A stretch of 64,000 nt of DNA from an uncultured Bdellovibrionales bacterium (GTDB taxonomy: Bacteria > Patescibacteriota > Minisyncoccia > Moranbacterales > UBA1568), in the NCBI GenBank assembly GCA_964500505.1, contig CAZCNN010000001.1, forward strand, positions 131,826 to 195,825, read 5' to 3'. The notes below the pieces were generated by a model. It was not told the DNA's origin. It was given only the letters and a program-made list of their open reading frames with translations, and ran no database searches. Numbering within the stretch: position 1 is the stretch's first letter; every line of letters begins with the position of its first letter. The translations under genes and the position numbers were made by a program. This document shows positions 18,654 to 27,891 of the stretch, one piece after another.

Positions 18654-19337
18654 TTAGAGATATTTCAGTGCAAAAAATCCGAGAATGAGGAGGGCAACAA
18701 AAACAATCGAGAGGGTATCTATATACTTTTCAATCGAATCCTTGTACCGCTGTCCTAGATGGTACATAAAGGTGGCCACTAGGAAAAACCGCATCCCGCG
18801 TCCAATAAGTGAGGCCAGGACAAACATGAGGAAGTTGATGTGGAACACGCCACCCGCAATCGTAATCAGCTTGTACGGGATCGGCGTAAAAGCCGCTGTA
18901 AATACCGTCAAAAAGGCATTGTCCTGGTAGCGCTGCCCTATATACACGAACTCCTCCTGCAATCCATAGGTGTTCACGATCCAGGCACCAATAGTACTGA
19001 ACAACAACAGTCCGATGACGTAACCGAACATACCCCCAAACACACTGGCAACTGTACAAATAGCTGCATGGCGGAGAAAGGAGACTGGTCTGGCCATGAC
19101 CATAGCGATGAGGAGCGGATCGGGCGGAATCGGAAAAAACGAACTTTCCACAAACGATACGCCGGCCAGAGCCTGTTCGGCCCGCTTGGTCTCAGCCCAG
19201 CCCACCACCCAACCATACATCTTGCGAATCATCTTTCGTGGCCAAGAAAAGAACGACAAAACAAGCAATATCGGTTTCGACGTGATAAACGCTTGAAAGA
19301 GCGGAGCATCACGCCATACCTGTAGAGTTTTGAACAT
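18654..19337 (-). CDS. DedA/YqaA-family membrane protein
   Basis: VESSFFPIPPDPLLIAM DedA signature; 5-6 TM helices. Confidence 0.7.
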   Translation of the reverse strand: MFKTLQVWRDAPLFQAFITSKPILLVLSFFSWPRKMIRKMYGWVVGWAETKRAEQALAGVSFVESSFFPIPPDPLLIAMVMARPVSFLRHAAICTVASVFGGMFGYVIGLLLFSTIGAWIVNTYGLQEEFVYIGQRYQDNAFLTVFTAAFTPIPYKLITIAGGVFHINFLMFVLASLIGRGMRFFLVATFMYHLGQRYKDSIEKYIDTLSIVFVALLILGFFALKYL

Positions 19338-19363
19338 ACCCAGTATCTTTAGCTTAAATAAAA

Positions 19364-19391
19364 TGGTGGACTTGGCGAGAATCCCTGCCCG
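19364..19391 (-). repeat. Degenerate duplicate of the tRNA-Cys 3' half (T-arm plus acceptor plus CCA)
   Basis: Minus strand reads GGGCAGGGATTCTCGCCAAGTCCACCA; the genuine tRNA 3' end reads GGCAGTTCGATTCTGCCTAGGTCCACCA. The copy does not fold into a full tRNA. Confidence 0.5.
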
Positions 19392-19445
19392 CCCTTGGAG
19401 GGGGCCGCCGCCCCTGCCTACGGCAGATTAATCTGCAATGCTCAC

Positions 19446-19553
19446 CCTGTTAGACGTATCGTTGGTGGACCTAGGCAGAATCGAACTGCCGTCTCCACAA
19501 TGCGAATGTGGCGTCGTACCACTAGACCATAGGCCCATAAAAGTCTAACAGGG
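19446..19553. repeat. 11-bp perfect inverted repeat (CCCTGTTAGAC ... GTCTAACAGGG) bracketing tRNA-Cys
   Basis: Arms at 19446-19456 and 19543-19553, 6-7 nt outside the mature tRNA ends; could pair as a leader-trailer processing stem. Confidence 0.5.
19463..19536 (-). tRNA. tRNA-Cys (anticodon GCA)
   Basis: Hand-folded cloverleaf: acceptor GGGCCTA/TAGGTCC, anticodon stem CCACA/TGTGG with loop TTCGCAT, T-loop TTCGATT, encoded CCA. Confidence 0.8.
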
Positions 19554-19666
19554 CGCGTGTAGCGTTGTACCCTTAGACCCCGCCCAAATCTCACTCAAGT
19601 GAGAAATGTGGCGGGACAGGTACAGGCCCGGACACTTGGGTAGGATAGCAAATAGCCGGAATGGTA

Positions 19667-20812
19667 TCAAGAAACCTGTGCCGTAAAGCCGAGTGGTGGC
19701 TTCTTGATTCGAGTGAGGAGATACCGTCTCAACTCTTTCCAATCAACTGTTGCTTCACTCAAAATATCTTCATGTAGCAAATGTATCCGCTCGCTCATAC
19801 CCAATGCATCGGCGAGAGCGTTTATTGTCCTTGTGTAGTTTAGTACATTGTAGAGTGCATAGACATCCTCTTCGCTCAGCGCTATTTGGCCGGTTATATA
19901 CGAGTACAGAGCCTGCTGACCCCGGAGGAGCATCCCTGTATCAGCACCCGGATAGGCAGCATCAATGAGGAGATGCTGCCACGACTCTCCCGACTTCATA
20001 AAGACGACGTTATTTTTTCCTGCGAGATCAAGAAATTCATACGTATTCTGACTGTACTCTATGGCGCGTGAAACAAAATCCGAGAGCGTTTCCCGAAATT
20101 GAGCGTCGGTCTCGGCGAGTACTATCACCTTTTCCAAGGACGGACTTTGAAGACAGCTAGAGAACGTCTTCCGATCAAAGTTTTTTGGTGATTCACGATT
20201 CAAAACCCACTGATCAGACCCTTGTGAATACAACTCAAGCTCACCTGGGTCATCACTCAACTTCTCTTCTGCATACGAACTCGTAAGATCCAACAGCGTT
20301 TCTCTTTCACGAAGATCAATTGCTTCCTGAATTCTCACAACTACGGGCAGAGTTACACTATCTTGACCTGAAGGAAGTAGGTCTTCATTATAAAGGTCTC
20401 GAAGAATATGGGCCGGGATAGGGAGATTCATAGTACTCACTCTCTGTCGTGCCATATGTTCACGCCCAAAAAACTCCTCTATGTCAGCCAATTTTGCCCG
20501 TGCCACGACCGCCTGGTGTCGCAACGTGCGTTCTGCAAGCACTCCCCCTGAACCCTCTCTACTCTCGACATCATGGAGCGTGGCTACTATCATATTGTGT
20601 GCCACTTTGAATACAATTTTCTCATGACCAGGTATTGTAAATACCAAATGCTCGCCACCCCGGCCTGCAAATTTTGGGTTATACTCACCATATAAGGCAT
20701 GATCATCTTTACCTAAATCAAATTTAGGTCGCGGAAGTTCGGCACTTCTCAGAGTCTTAGTCTTCTCTGGTTTAGTGCTCAGATGTGGTTGTTCGAGAAC
20801 TTCGAGTGACAT
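19667..20812 (-). CDS. Hypothetical protein, possibly an atypical protein-kinase-like/APH-like phosphotransferase
   Basis: Gly-rich GRGGEHLVF followed by KIVFKV (a VAIK-like Lys), then DLAGKNNVVF and LIDAAYPG resembling the HxDLxxxNxL and IDFE brace of APH/choline-kinase folds. Weak, by eye. Confidence 0.45.
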   Translation of the reverse strand: MSLEVLEQPHLSTKPEKTKTLRSAELPRPKFDLGKDDHALYGEYNPKFAGRGGEHLVFTIPGHEKIVFKVAHNMIVATLHDVESREGSGGVLAERTLRHQAVVARAKLADIEEFFGREHMARQRVSTMNLPIPAHILRDLYNEDLLPSGQDSVTLPVVVRIQEAIDLRERETLLDLTSSYAEEKLSDDPGELELYSQGSDQWVLNRESPKNFDRKTFSSCLQSPSLEKVIVLAETDAQFRETLSDFVSRAIEYSQNTYEFLDLAGKNNVVFMKSGESWQHLLIDAAYPGADTGMLLRGQQALYSYITGQIALSEEDVYALYNVLNYTRTINALADALGMSERIHLLHEDILSEATVDWKELRRYLLTRIKKPPLGFTAQVS

Positions 20813-20815
20813 AGA

Positions 20816-21913
20816 TCAAGATTTTGTTTCGGTGATATAGGTGGTACTGAGGCCCTGTTCAGCCTGATGGCGCTCGAGCGCGAGATCGATCAGCCGGGTG
20901 AGGAGATCGGTATACGAGAGACCACTCGCTTCCCAGAGCTTGGGATACATGCTGATAGCGGTAAAGCCCGGGAGAGTATTGATCTCATTTACCAGTATCT
21001 CACCATTTTCGCGCAAGAAAAAGTCTACGCGCGCCAGTCCAGCACACTCAAGGACACGAAAGGCATGGCAAGCCACCTCCTGAAACATTGCGATCTGCTC
21101 CTGGGAAAGCTTGGCTGGAATCTCGAGACGAGCACCGGCCTCATCGAGATACTTGGCCTCATAGGTATAAAACTCTTTGGTGGGGATAATCTCACCCGGG
21201 ATGGAGGCCTCTGGATGGTCATTGCCGAGGACTGAGACCTCAATCTCGCGCCCGACGATACTCTCTTCGATGAGAACCTTGGTATCGTAGAGGAAGGCGT
21301 CCCTGAGGGCTCGTTCATACCCCTCATGGTTTTTTACTTTGTGGACCCCGACAGATGAACCGGCGTTGGCTGGTTTGACAAAGACGGGCGTGCCCAAGGT
21401 CTCTACCACCGACTCATATGAGGGAATAGTAGCCCGTCGAATGGTGAGGAAGCGTGCGACCGGGATACCAGCATCGCGGAGGAGTCGCTTCATCACGTCC
21501 TTATCCATCCCGATAGCTGAACCAAGGACCCCTGCCCCGACAAAGGGCACACCAGAGAGTCGGAGGAGCCCCTGGATCGTCCCATCCTCACCGGCACCAC
21601 CATGCAGAACCGGAAAGATGACATCCAGAGCCTGGCTCACACCACCTGCCACTCCGATCTGACCATGGCTCTCCGGGAGAAACATCACACTTTCATCACC
21701 CTCTTGTCGGGTGGTGACATCAGTGAGACCACTCTCGAGTGCTCGGGGGTCACGCTCCGGGAGGAACCACTGCCCAGCTCGGTCGATGGCGATAAGGACC
21801 GGTTGAAATCGGTCCCGATCCAGACTCTCCAGCACGTTTTTGGCTGACCAGAGAGACACTTCGTGCTCAGTTGACTTGCCACCACAGAGGATACCGACGC
21901 GGAGTTTTTTCAT
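20816..21913 (-). CDS. ddl: D-alanine--D-alanine ligase
   Basis: KLRVGILCGGKSTEHEVSL N-terminus and an ATP-grasp C-terminus. Start placed at MKKLRV (21913); the longer ORF start at 21946 lies within the TTACGTAA repeat array. Confidence 0.9.
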   Translation of the reverse strand: MKKLRVGILCGGKSTEHEVSLWSAKNVLESLDRDRFQPVLIAIDRAGQWFLPERDPRALESGLTDVTTRQEGDESVMFLPESHGQIGVAGGVSQALDVIFPVLHGGAGEDGTIQGLLRLSGVPFVGAGVLGSAIGMDKDVMKRLLRDAGIPVARFLTIRRATIPSYESVVETLGTPVFVKPANAGSSVGVHKVKNHEGYERALRDAFLYDTKVLIEESIVGREIEVSVLGNDHPEASIPGEIIPTKEFYTYEAKYLDEAGARLEIPAKLSQEQIAMFQEVACHAFRVLECAGLARVDFFLRENGEILVNEINTLPGFTAISMYPKLWEASGLSYTDLLTRLIDLALERHQAEQGLSTTYITETKS

Positions 21914-21947
21914 AACAGTTGTTACGTAACGAATTACGTAATTCATT
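21912..21947. promoter_or_regulatory. Three tandem 12-bp units each containing the palindrome TTACGTAA (gTTACGTAAcga / aTTACGTAAttc / aTTACGTAAttg): a candidate operator upstream of ddl
   Basis: TTACGTAA at 21912, 21924 and 21936, an exact 12-bp phase; located between the upstream Nudix gene stop and the ddl start. Confidence 0.55.
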
Positions 21948-22422
21948 ACGTAATTGAGAGTTCATTCACTTCCTCGACGTGATTCTCGAGGACCGAGTCT
22001 CCTTCACCAAAAAGAAACCGGGTCCGAAACTTCTTGCCGGCGAGAAACACTGGTATCCAGTGGATATCGTCTGGCCACATGGCATCATAGGGAATAGCAT
22101 CGGTAGTAAACCACTGGGGGCGCATCTCCTCAGTCTCACGAGGCTCACCTTCCCAAGCAGTGACTCGGTAGACATAAACCTCGAGGATATTGCCCCGGTC
22201 GCGGGCAAATTCAAACTCGTGCATCCCTACGGCCTCCATCTCGGTAATAGTCACACCGGATTCTTCCAGCGTTTCACGCTTGGCTCCCTCTTCGATACTT
22301 TCGCCCTCTTCAACTTTCCCACCGAACCCATTCCATCGACCAGCACCAAAACCACGCTTCTTCATCCCAAGGAGGATGCGACCGTCGCGGACAATGAGGC
22401 AAAGAGTAAGAATGGTTCTCAT
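21946..22422 (-). CDS. Nudix hydrolase
   Basis: Nudix box GGKVEEGESIEEGAKRETLEESGV. Confidence 0.8.
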   Translation of the reverse strand: MRTILTLCLIVRDGRILLGMKKRGFGAGRWNGFGGKVEEGESIEEGAKRETLEESGVTITEMEAVGMHEFEFARDRGNILEVYVYRVTAWEGEPRETEEMRPQWFTTDAIPYDAMWPDDIHWIPVFLAGKKFRTRFLFGEGDSVLENHVEEVNELSIT

Positions 22423-23795
22423 AATTTGGATTCAGCTACTACCGGCCGATACATGAGATTCTCAGCGACATAGGGATTGTCTTTCTTCCAGATGACGTTG
22501 TCAATGAAGTAATGATGGATATTGAGAAACACCGTAAAGAAAAAGAAATAAAGCGAGGTCCCAAAGACAGTGGTCGGGTAGCTGAGCCACGCGGGTGCTG
22601 TCCCCCGAGCAACCCAGAGGTCGAGCCAGATCGGGATCAGAGCAAAGAAGAGTGCTCCCAGGAAATAGGCGGAACCAAAAAACGTCACTATCCCCCATCG
22701 GCCTCTTGCCTGCCGATGATACAGGAGCGTGAGCATCCCGACGGAGAGACAGAGGAGTGCGCCCGTGACCCAGCCAATCGTCGTGAATCCTGAGGAGAGT
22801 GTCATGATATAACGATCAAGGGTAAGAGTCGCCGATTCCTTGAGTGACAGACCGATTAACACCGCCGGCAAGAGGAGGAGGAAAGCACCGCCCCAGAGGT
22901 TGTAGCGACTCGCTGTATTCCGCGTCACAGGAGTGTCTCTCTCTTCACGGATGGCCTGATTACGTCTCGCAGCAAAAACAAAGAGGAGATACTGGAGCGA
23001 ATGAAAGAGTGGGATGATATAGAAAAAGTACGGGTGAGAGAGGGCGGGAATGTACCAGAGGTAGATCGAAACGAGTGCGATCACTGCCGAGACTGGTGGG
23101 GTCACTCGCGAAATGATGTACTTCACGATAAACATGGCAAGAAGGAGGTTACTGGCGACAAAGAGCACCTGCTCCGACAGCTTGAGCCACAGAGGCGGGA
23201 GCGTCCAAGCAGTATAGGGCACCTGATAAAACATATTGTGTGCCCCAGAGATATTGGCCGAGAAGAATGACAAGGCCCACAGGAGGTAGAGTGGGAGGAG
23301 GATTGCGGTACGCTCGAGACGACTATAGTACACTTTTTTCGTGGCTGAGAGGACGACCACACAGCCAAATATCTGCTTGATATAATGCCAACCGACAAAA
23401 AAGAAGAGAGCATTCACGAGGTAGCCCATGAGCATGATACTCCCCTGCGACTTGGCGTAAAGAAAATACCCAATAAGGAGTACCGGGACAGCGAGCCCCG
23501 CCCACCACATCTTGATCATAAATCTCCGTCCCGTTCGTAGCGATCCAAACGATTGGCGAGCATCGCCATACATGAGGAGATAGGAGGCAGCAAAGTGCGG
23601 GAAATTGATGAGAAACGCGGCGTAGTAGAGCGCGATGGACCAGGTAAAGATATCGGCACCTTTACTCACCGCCACTTGGAGTATGATATAGGCGATGATA
23701 GACACGCCTCCGACGAGCATGCTATCGAGAAAGGGTGAGACGAGTGACGTCTGACTCGGTGCAAACCAGCCCTGAACCATCCTTATTATGCGCAT
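22419..23795 (-). CDS. Polytopic integral membrane protein of unknown function (about 12 TM)
   Basis: Hydrophobic throughout; sits between two Nudix genes. Confidence 0.55.
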   Translation of the reverse strand: MRIIRMVQGWFAPSQTSLVSPFLDSMLVGGVSIIAYIILQVAVSKGADIFTWSIALYYAAFLINFPHFAASYLLMYGDARQSFGSLRTGRRFMIKMWWAGLAVPVLLIGYFLYAKSQGSIMLMGYLVNALFFFVGWHYIKQIFGCVVVLSATKKVYYSRLERTAILLPLYLLWALSFFSANISGAHNMFYQVPYTAWTLPPLWLKLSEQVLFVASNLLLAMFIVKYIISRVTPPVSAVIALVSIYLWYIPALSHPYFFYIIPLFHSLQYLLFVFAARRNQAIREERDTPVTRNTASRYNLWGGAFLLLLPAVLIGLSLKESATLTLDRYIMTLSSGFTTIGWVTGALLCLSVGMLTLLYHRQARGRWGIVTFFGSAYFLGALFFALIPIWLDLWVARGTAPAWLSYPTTVFGTSLYFFFFTVFLNIHHYFIDNVIWKKDNPYVAENLMYRPVVAESKL

Positions 23796-23844
23796 ACAAG
23801 CCTTGTTACATGACCCTATTGTATCACGAAACAGCCTGTACTAT

Positions 23845-23901
23845 ACCACCACACCAACATACCCCACACACATCTGCTTGCATAAATGTTGGTGTGGTGG
23901 T
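23845..23901. repeat. 16-bp perfect inverted repeat ACCACCACACCAACAT ... ATGTTGGTGTGGTGGT (25-nt spacer) upstream of the membrane-protein gene; same core as the 17458-17488 palindrome
   Basis: Arms at 23845-23860 and 23886-23901; a second hairpin GGTGTCAgccatTGACACC follows. Confidence 0.6.
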
Positions 23902-24153
23902 AAATTCGAGGTGCGAGGATTCGGGGATTGCAGGGGCTTCGGTGTCAGCCATTGACACCACAATAAAGCAACGCCTTTCTTTTTCCCTCTCCCCTCCTCG
24001 CTCCCTTCTACAGCGCGAAGCTGTACCGATGAGGCCCTATGAACCCATAGGGCCTCAAAAAATTTCTTAGACACTTATGATCCGGTTGACATCTCCATCG
24101 AGAATCTCTGGTTTCATACCGAAAATCGTGATCCTCTTAGGCCCAGTGATATT

Positions 24154-24609
24154 TTAAATTTTTGCACCTGCTTCTCGAATCATTTTCAAATGCTTACGAG
24201 TCATTGAATGAAGTGGTCGAGGAAGCTTATCAATAGGAAACCAGCCAATATCGTCCATCTTGTCTGGCTCACCTATCTTTGCTTTTTTCGGATCTACCTC
24301 AGCCGTAAACAAAACAGCAATCCAGTGTGTTCTCGTCTTACCATTCCATCTCAGTGCATTATTAACAGCCCAAAACTTGAGATTTTTTGGCGTCACACAA
24401 TACTCTTCCTGAATTTCTCGCTTGGCGGTCTCGAGGAATGTCTCTCCAAATTCCATCGATCCCGAACCCGGATCCCATCGCCCATGCTCATCGCGACAGT
24501 TTATACTTCGTTTGTGCATGAGCAAATTACCCTTGCCATCATGACAGTAAAATACACAAGTCACCCCGATGAAGTCTACGCCCTTCTTCAGATCAAAAGA
24601 TTGTTTCAT
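24154..24609 (-). CDS. Nudix hydrolase (second copy)
   Basis: Nudix box GSMEFGETFLETAKREIQEEYCV. Confidence 0.75.
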   Translation of the reverse strand: MKQSFDLKKGVDFIGVTCVFYCHDGKGNLLMHKRSINCRDEHGRWDPGSGSMEFGETFLETAKREIQEEYCVTPKNLKFWAVNNALRWNGKTRTHWIAVLFTAEVDPKKAKIGEPDKMDDIGWFPIDKLPRPLHSMTRKHLKMIREAGAKI

Positions 24610-24668
24610 ACGCTATGCGCGATGGCACCCGCCCACATCCGTCCCAGAAGTGTGTCGGGCAAGCTTCT

Positions 24669-27371
24669 TTACTTTTTATGCTCTGGAGCGTTGATCATCC
24701 CACAGCGCTTGTACTTCAAACCAGAACCGCAAGGACAAGGGTCATTACGACCAGTAACTTCCTGGTTCACTATTGGAGCTTGTTTCGCGGCCTCTCCGGA
24801 CTGTGTACTCCCTCCGCCAGCTACCGCTTCACCCTTGAGGGTAGCGAATGATTCTATGTTTTCACTGGCACCACGAAACTGCATCTCGCGGGGCTTTTCT
24901 TCCGTGAAAGAGTCTGTCCGTTGTTCTATCTTCATGATGGTCATGAGATAGGTCTTGCGCACAGTGTCCATGAGACCGAGGAAGAGGTCAAAGGCCTCAC
25001 GCTTGTATTCGATGAGCGGATCACGCTGACCATAGCCCCGGAGGCCGATACCCTGACGCAAATAATCAATCTCGTCGAGGTGATTCATCCAGAGCGTATC
25101 GAGTGAACGGAGGTAGAGCGACTTCTGGATAGCGTTCCAAGTCTCTTTGCCAATCATGGTTTCCTTGGCCCGATAGATGACCTTGCCTTCACCGAGGAGA
25201 TACTCGAGGATGAGACCACGCTTCTCTATCTCGTCTTTGGAGCGATCGTCTCGGATAGATTCCAGCTTTTTGAGAGCGCTTTCCTCATCGAGCGCCGAGA
25301 ACATAGCATTCCCTTCGTTCACGATCTCCTGCATATTCCACTCCCCTTCTTCGACTGAAGTGTGAAACGAGATGACATGATCGAGCTCTTCTCCGAGGAG
25401 GCGTAGGGTCTCTTGTTCGAATTCGCTCATCTCGAGAATTGTGCGGCGCTTGCGGTACACTACCTCACGCTGTTTGTTCATCACGTCATCGTAGTCGAGC
25501 ACGTGTTTGCGAATATCAAAGTTGAAGCCCTCGATCTTGGACTGAGCACCTTCAATAGTCTTCGAGATAATACCGTTCTGGATCGGCTCATTGTCTGGGA
25601 GCCCGAGCGTCGTCATCATGCTCTTCATCTTTTCACCCCCGAAACGTCGCATCAGTTCGTCCTCGAGCGAGACAAAGAACTGTGACCTACCAGGATCGCC
25701 CTGACGTCCAGCCCGACCACGGAGCTGATTGTCGATGCGACGCGCCTCATGCCGTTCAGTCCCGATGATGAGGAGTCCGCCCACTTCGCGCACGCCGTCA
25801 CCGAGTTTGATGTCAGTCCCCCGACCGGCCATGTTGGTAGCAATAGTGATAGCGCCTTTCTGACCGGCGAGCGCAATAATCTGAGCTTCCCGTTCGTGGT
25901 TCTTAGCGTTCAAAACCTCATGCGTGATACCCTCGCGTGTGAGCAGTGCCGAGAGATACTCAGACTTTTCGATGGCCACGGTACCGATGAGGACCGGCTG
26001 GCCAGTCGCGTGCACACCCTTCACATGCTCCACAATGGCCTGGAACTTGGCTTCTTCGGTCTTGTAGACGATATCTGGGAGGTCCTGGCGAGTCATGGGA
26101 CGATTGGTTGGGATCTCAAGGACATCGAGCTTGTAGACCTTGGCCAATTCTTCGGCCGAAGTCGAGGCGGTACCTGTCATACCGGCCAGTTTATCGTAGA
26201 GTCGGAAGTAGTTCTGAAAGGTGATAGTAGCGAGAGTCTTCGACTCGCGCTGGACGGTCACACCTTCCTTGGCCTCTATCGCCTGGTGCAGTCCCTCACT
26301 ATACCGACGTCCCGGCATGAGACGCCCCGTAAAGTCATCGACGATAATGACCTGATCGTCTTTGACCACATAGTCCCGGTCCAATTTGAAAATGATATTG
26401 GCCTTGAGTGACTGCTCAAGGTGGTGAACATACTGGACATTGCCGGATGCGTAAATGTTCTCCATACCGAGGAGTCGCTCCACCACGTTCATACCCTCGT
26501 CGGTGAGGGTCACGGCCTTCATCTTTTCATCAACCGCGTAGTCGGTCCCAGCCTTGAGATTGGGCACAATCTTGGCAAAACGCTCGTAGAGCTTGGTCGA
26601 CTCGCTGTCCGGAGCTGAGATGATGAGTGGCGTCCGCGCCTCATCAATGAGGATCGAGTCTACTTCGTCGACAATGGCGAAATGGAGTGGTCGCTGGGTC
26701 ATCTCCTCGAGGGTTGACACCATATTGTCACGGAGATAGTCGAATCCGAACTCGTTGTTGGTCCCGTAGGTGATATCGGCCGCGTAGGCTTCTTTGCGCG
26801 TAATAGCGAGGAGATTCTCCACCTGCCTGCCGGTAGGCAAGGTCTCGACGCTCACTTCATCAGTGTCTTTGATCTTGGAAACATACTGGTATGATATGCC
26901 TTGCCCGACGATACAGGCGGTCGTGAGTCCAAGGGCTTCATACACTTTGCCCATCCAGTTACAGTCACGTTTGGCCAGGTAGTCATTGACCGTCACGACG
27001 TGGACCCCCTTGCCAGTCAAGGCATTGAGGTAAATGGGGAGAGTCGAAGTAAGAGTCTTCCCTTCTCCGGTCTTCATCTCAGCAATCTTGCCCTGATGGA
27101 GCGCGATACCACCAAGCATCTGAACATCGTAGTGACGCTCACCGATTACGCGTTTGGCCGCTTCCCGGACCACAGCATAGGCCTCGGGCAAAATATCATC
27201 AAGCGTCGCCCCCTTGGCGAGGCGCTCTTTGAATTCAGTTGTCTTCCCCCGGAGCGATTCATCAGAGAGAGAGGCTAGGGTCGCGTCAAAGGTATTGATA
27301 GTCGCCACGATCGGACGGAAGCGGTTCACCTCACGTTCGTTTGAGCCAAAGAGTTTTTCGAGGAATGACAT
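24669..27371 (-). CDS. secA: Preprotein translocase ATPase SecA
   Basis: 900 aa; DEAD-like motor (MKTGEGKTL) and a C-terminal zinc motif CPCGSGLKYKRC. Confidence 0.95.
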   Translation of the reverse strand: MSFLEKLFGSNEREVNRFRPIVATINTFDATLASLSDESLRGKTTEFKERLAKGATLDDILPEAYAVVREAAKRVIGERHYDVQMLGGIALHQGKIAEMKTGEGKTLTSTLPIYLNALTGKGVHVVTVNDYLAKRDCNWMGKVYEALGLTTACIVGQGISYQYVSKIKDTDEVSVETLPTGRQVENLLAITRKEAYAADITYGTNNEFGFDYLRDNMVSTLEEMTQRPLHFAIVDEVDSILIDEARTPLIISAPDSESTKLYERFAKIVPNLKAGTDYAVDEKMKAVTLTDEGMNVVERLLGMENIYASGNVQYVHHLEQSLKANIIFKLDRDYVVKDDQVIIVDDFTGRLMPGRRYSEGLHQAIEAKEGVTVQRESKTLATITFQNYFRLYDKLAGMTGTASTSAEELAKVYKLDVLEIPTNRPMTRQDLPDIVYKTEEAKFQAIVEHVKGVHATGQPVLIGTVAIEKSEYLSALLTREGITHEVLNAKNHEREAQIIALAGQKGAITIATNMAGRGTDIKLGDGVREVGGLLIIGTERHEARRIDNQLRGRAGRQGDPGRSQFFVSLEDELMRRFGGEKMKSMMTTLGLPDNEPIQNGIISKTIEGAQSKIEGFNFDIRKHVLDYDDVMNKQREVVYRKRRTILEMSEFEQETLRLLGEELDHVISFHTSVEEGEWNMQEIVNEGNAMFSALDEESALKKLESIRDDRSKDEIEKRGLILEYLLGEGKVIYRAKETMIGKETWNAIQKSLYLRSLDTLWMNHLDEIDYLRQGIGLRGYGQRDPLIEYKREAFDLFLGLMDTVRKTYLMTIMKIEQRTDSFTEEKPREMQFRGASENIESFATLKGEAVAGGGSTQSGEAAKQAPIVNQEVTGRNDPCPCGSGLKYKRCGMINAPEHKK

Positions 27372-27454
27372 TTCGGTAGAATTTAGAATATTGAATATCG
27401 AATGCAGGCCAAAAAATAACCTCTTATTTAAGCCATAAAATCCATTTAATTATA

Positions 27455-27486
27455 GCAAAAAGCAAAGCTCTCGTAAAGAGAGCCTC
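27455..27486 (-). terminator. Rho-independent terminator after hpf, with the secA -10 element (TATAAT on minus at 27449-27454) just downstream
   Basis: Minus strand GGCTCTC-TTTAC-GAGAGC followed by TTTGCTTTTTGC. Confidence 0.5.
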
Positions 27487-27521
27487 ACTCAATGGAACTA
27501 TTCTACGTTCTACATTCTTCT

Positions 27522-27872
27522 TCAAAACCGAGCGGATTCGTCGACGGTCAGTTTCTTCTTGATCGAGCGATTGCCACGAAGTTTCAGATCACGATTACGG
27601 TTCTTTTTCTTATCGATCTGGGCCTCAAGCTCGTCAATCACGACGTCAGTTGATCCTTCGATACTTACCGTCGTTTCTTCGGCCCGATAGAGGTTGTGCG
27701 GGGTCTTGACCATGATTTCCACTCGAAACTTGCCTTTCTTGTCCTGATCAATCTCAATCGAAAAGTCACTCACTGGATCAACGAGTTTCTCGATACGGAC
27801 CAAACGCTTCTCGATATAGTCTCTCGTCCGGTCATCGATCTCCACTCCTTTGAATAAAAAGCGCGTATTCAT
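27522..27872 (-). CDS. hpf: Ribosome hibernation promoting factor / RaiA-family protein
   Basis: 116 aa; MNTRFLFKGVEIDDRTRDYIEKRL...FRVEIMV pattern of HPF/YfiA. Confidence 0.75.
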   Translation of the reverse strand: MNTRFLFKGVEIDDRTRDYIEKRLVRIEKLVDPVSDFSIEIDQDKKGKFRVEIMVKTPHNLYRAEETTVSIEGSTDVVIDELEAQIDKKKNRNRDLKLRGNRSIKKKLTVDESARF

Positions 27873-27891
27873 ACTCGTTTCGTTAAAGAAA

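Noticed and set aside
19364-19456. Possible second full tRNA or tRNA-like gene upstream of tRNA-Cys (it ends in GTCCACCA)
   Set aside because: No 5' acceptor strand complementary to CAAGTCC, and no D-arm or anticodon arm can be folded. It only reproduces the 3' half of tRNA-Cys, so it is called a degenerate duplicate.
24208-24951. 247-aa plus-strand ORF
   Set aside because: Overlaps the Nudix gene and secA 3' end on the opposite strand; no motif. Shadow ORF.
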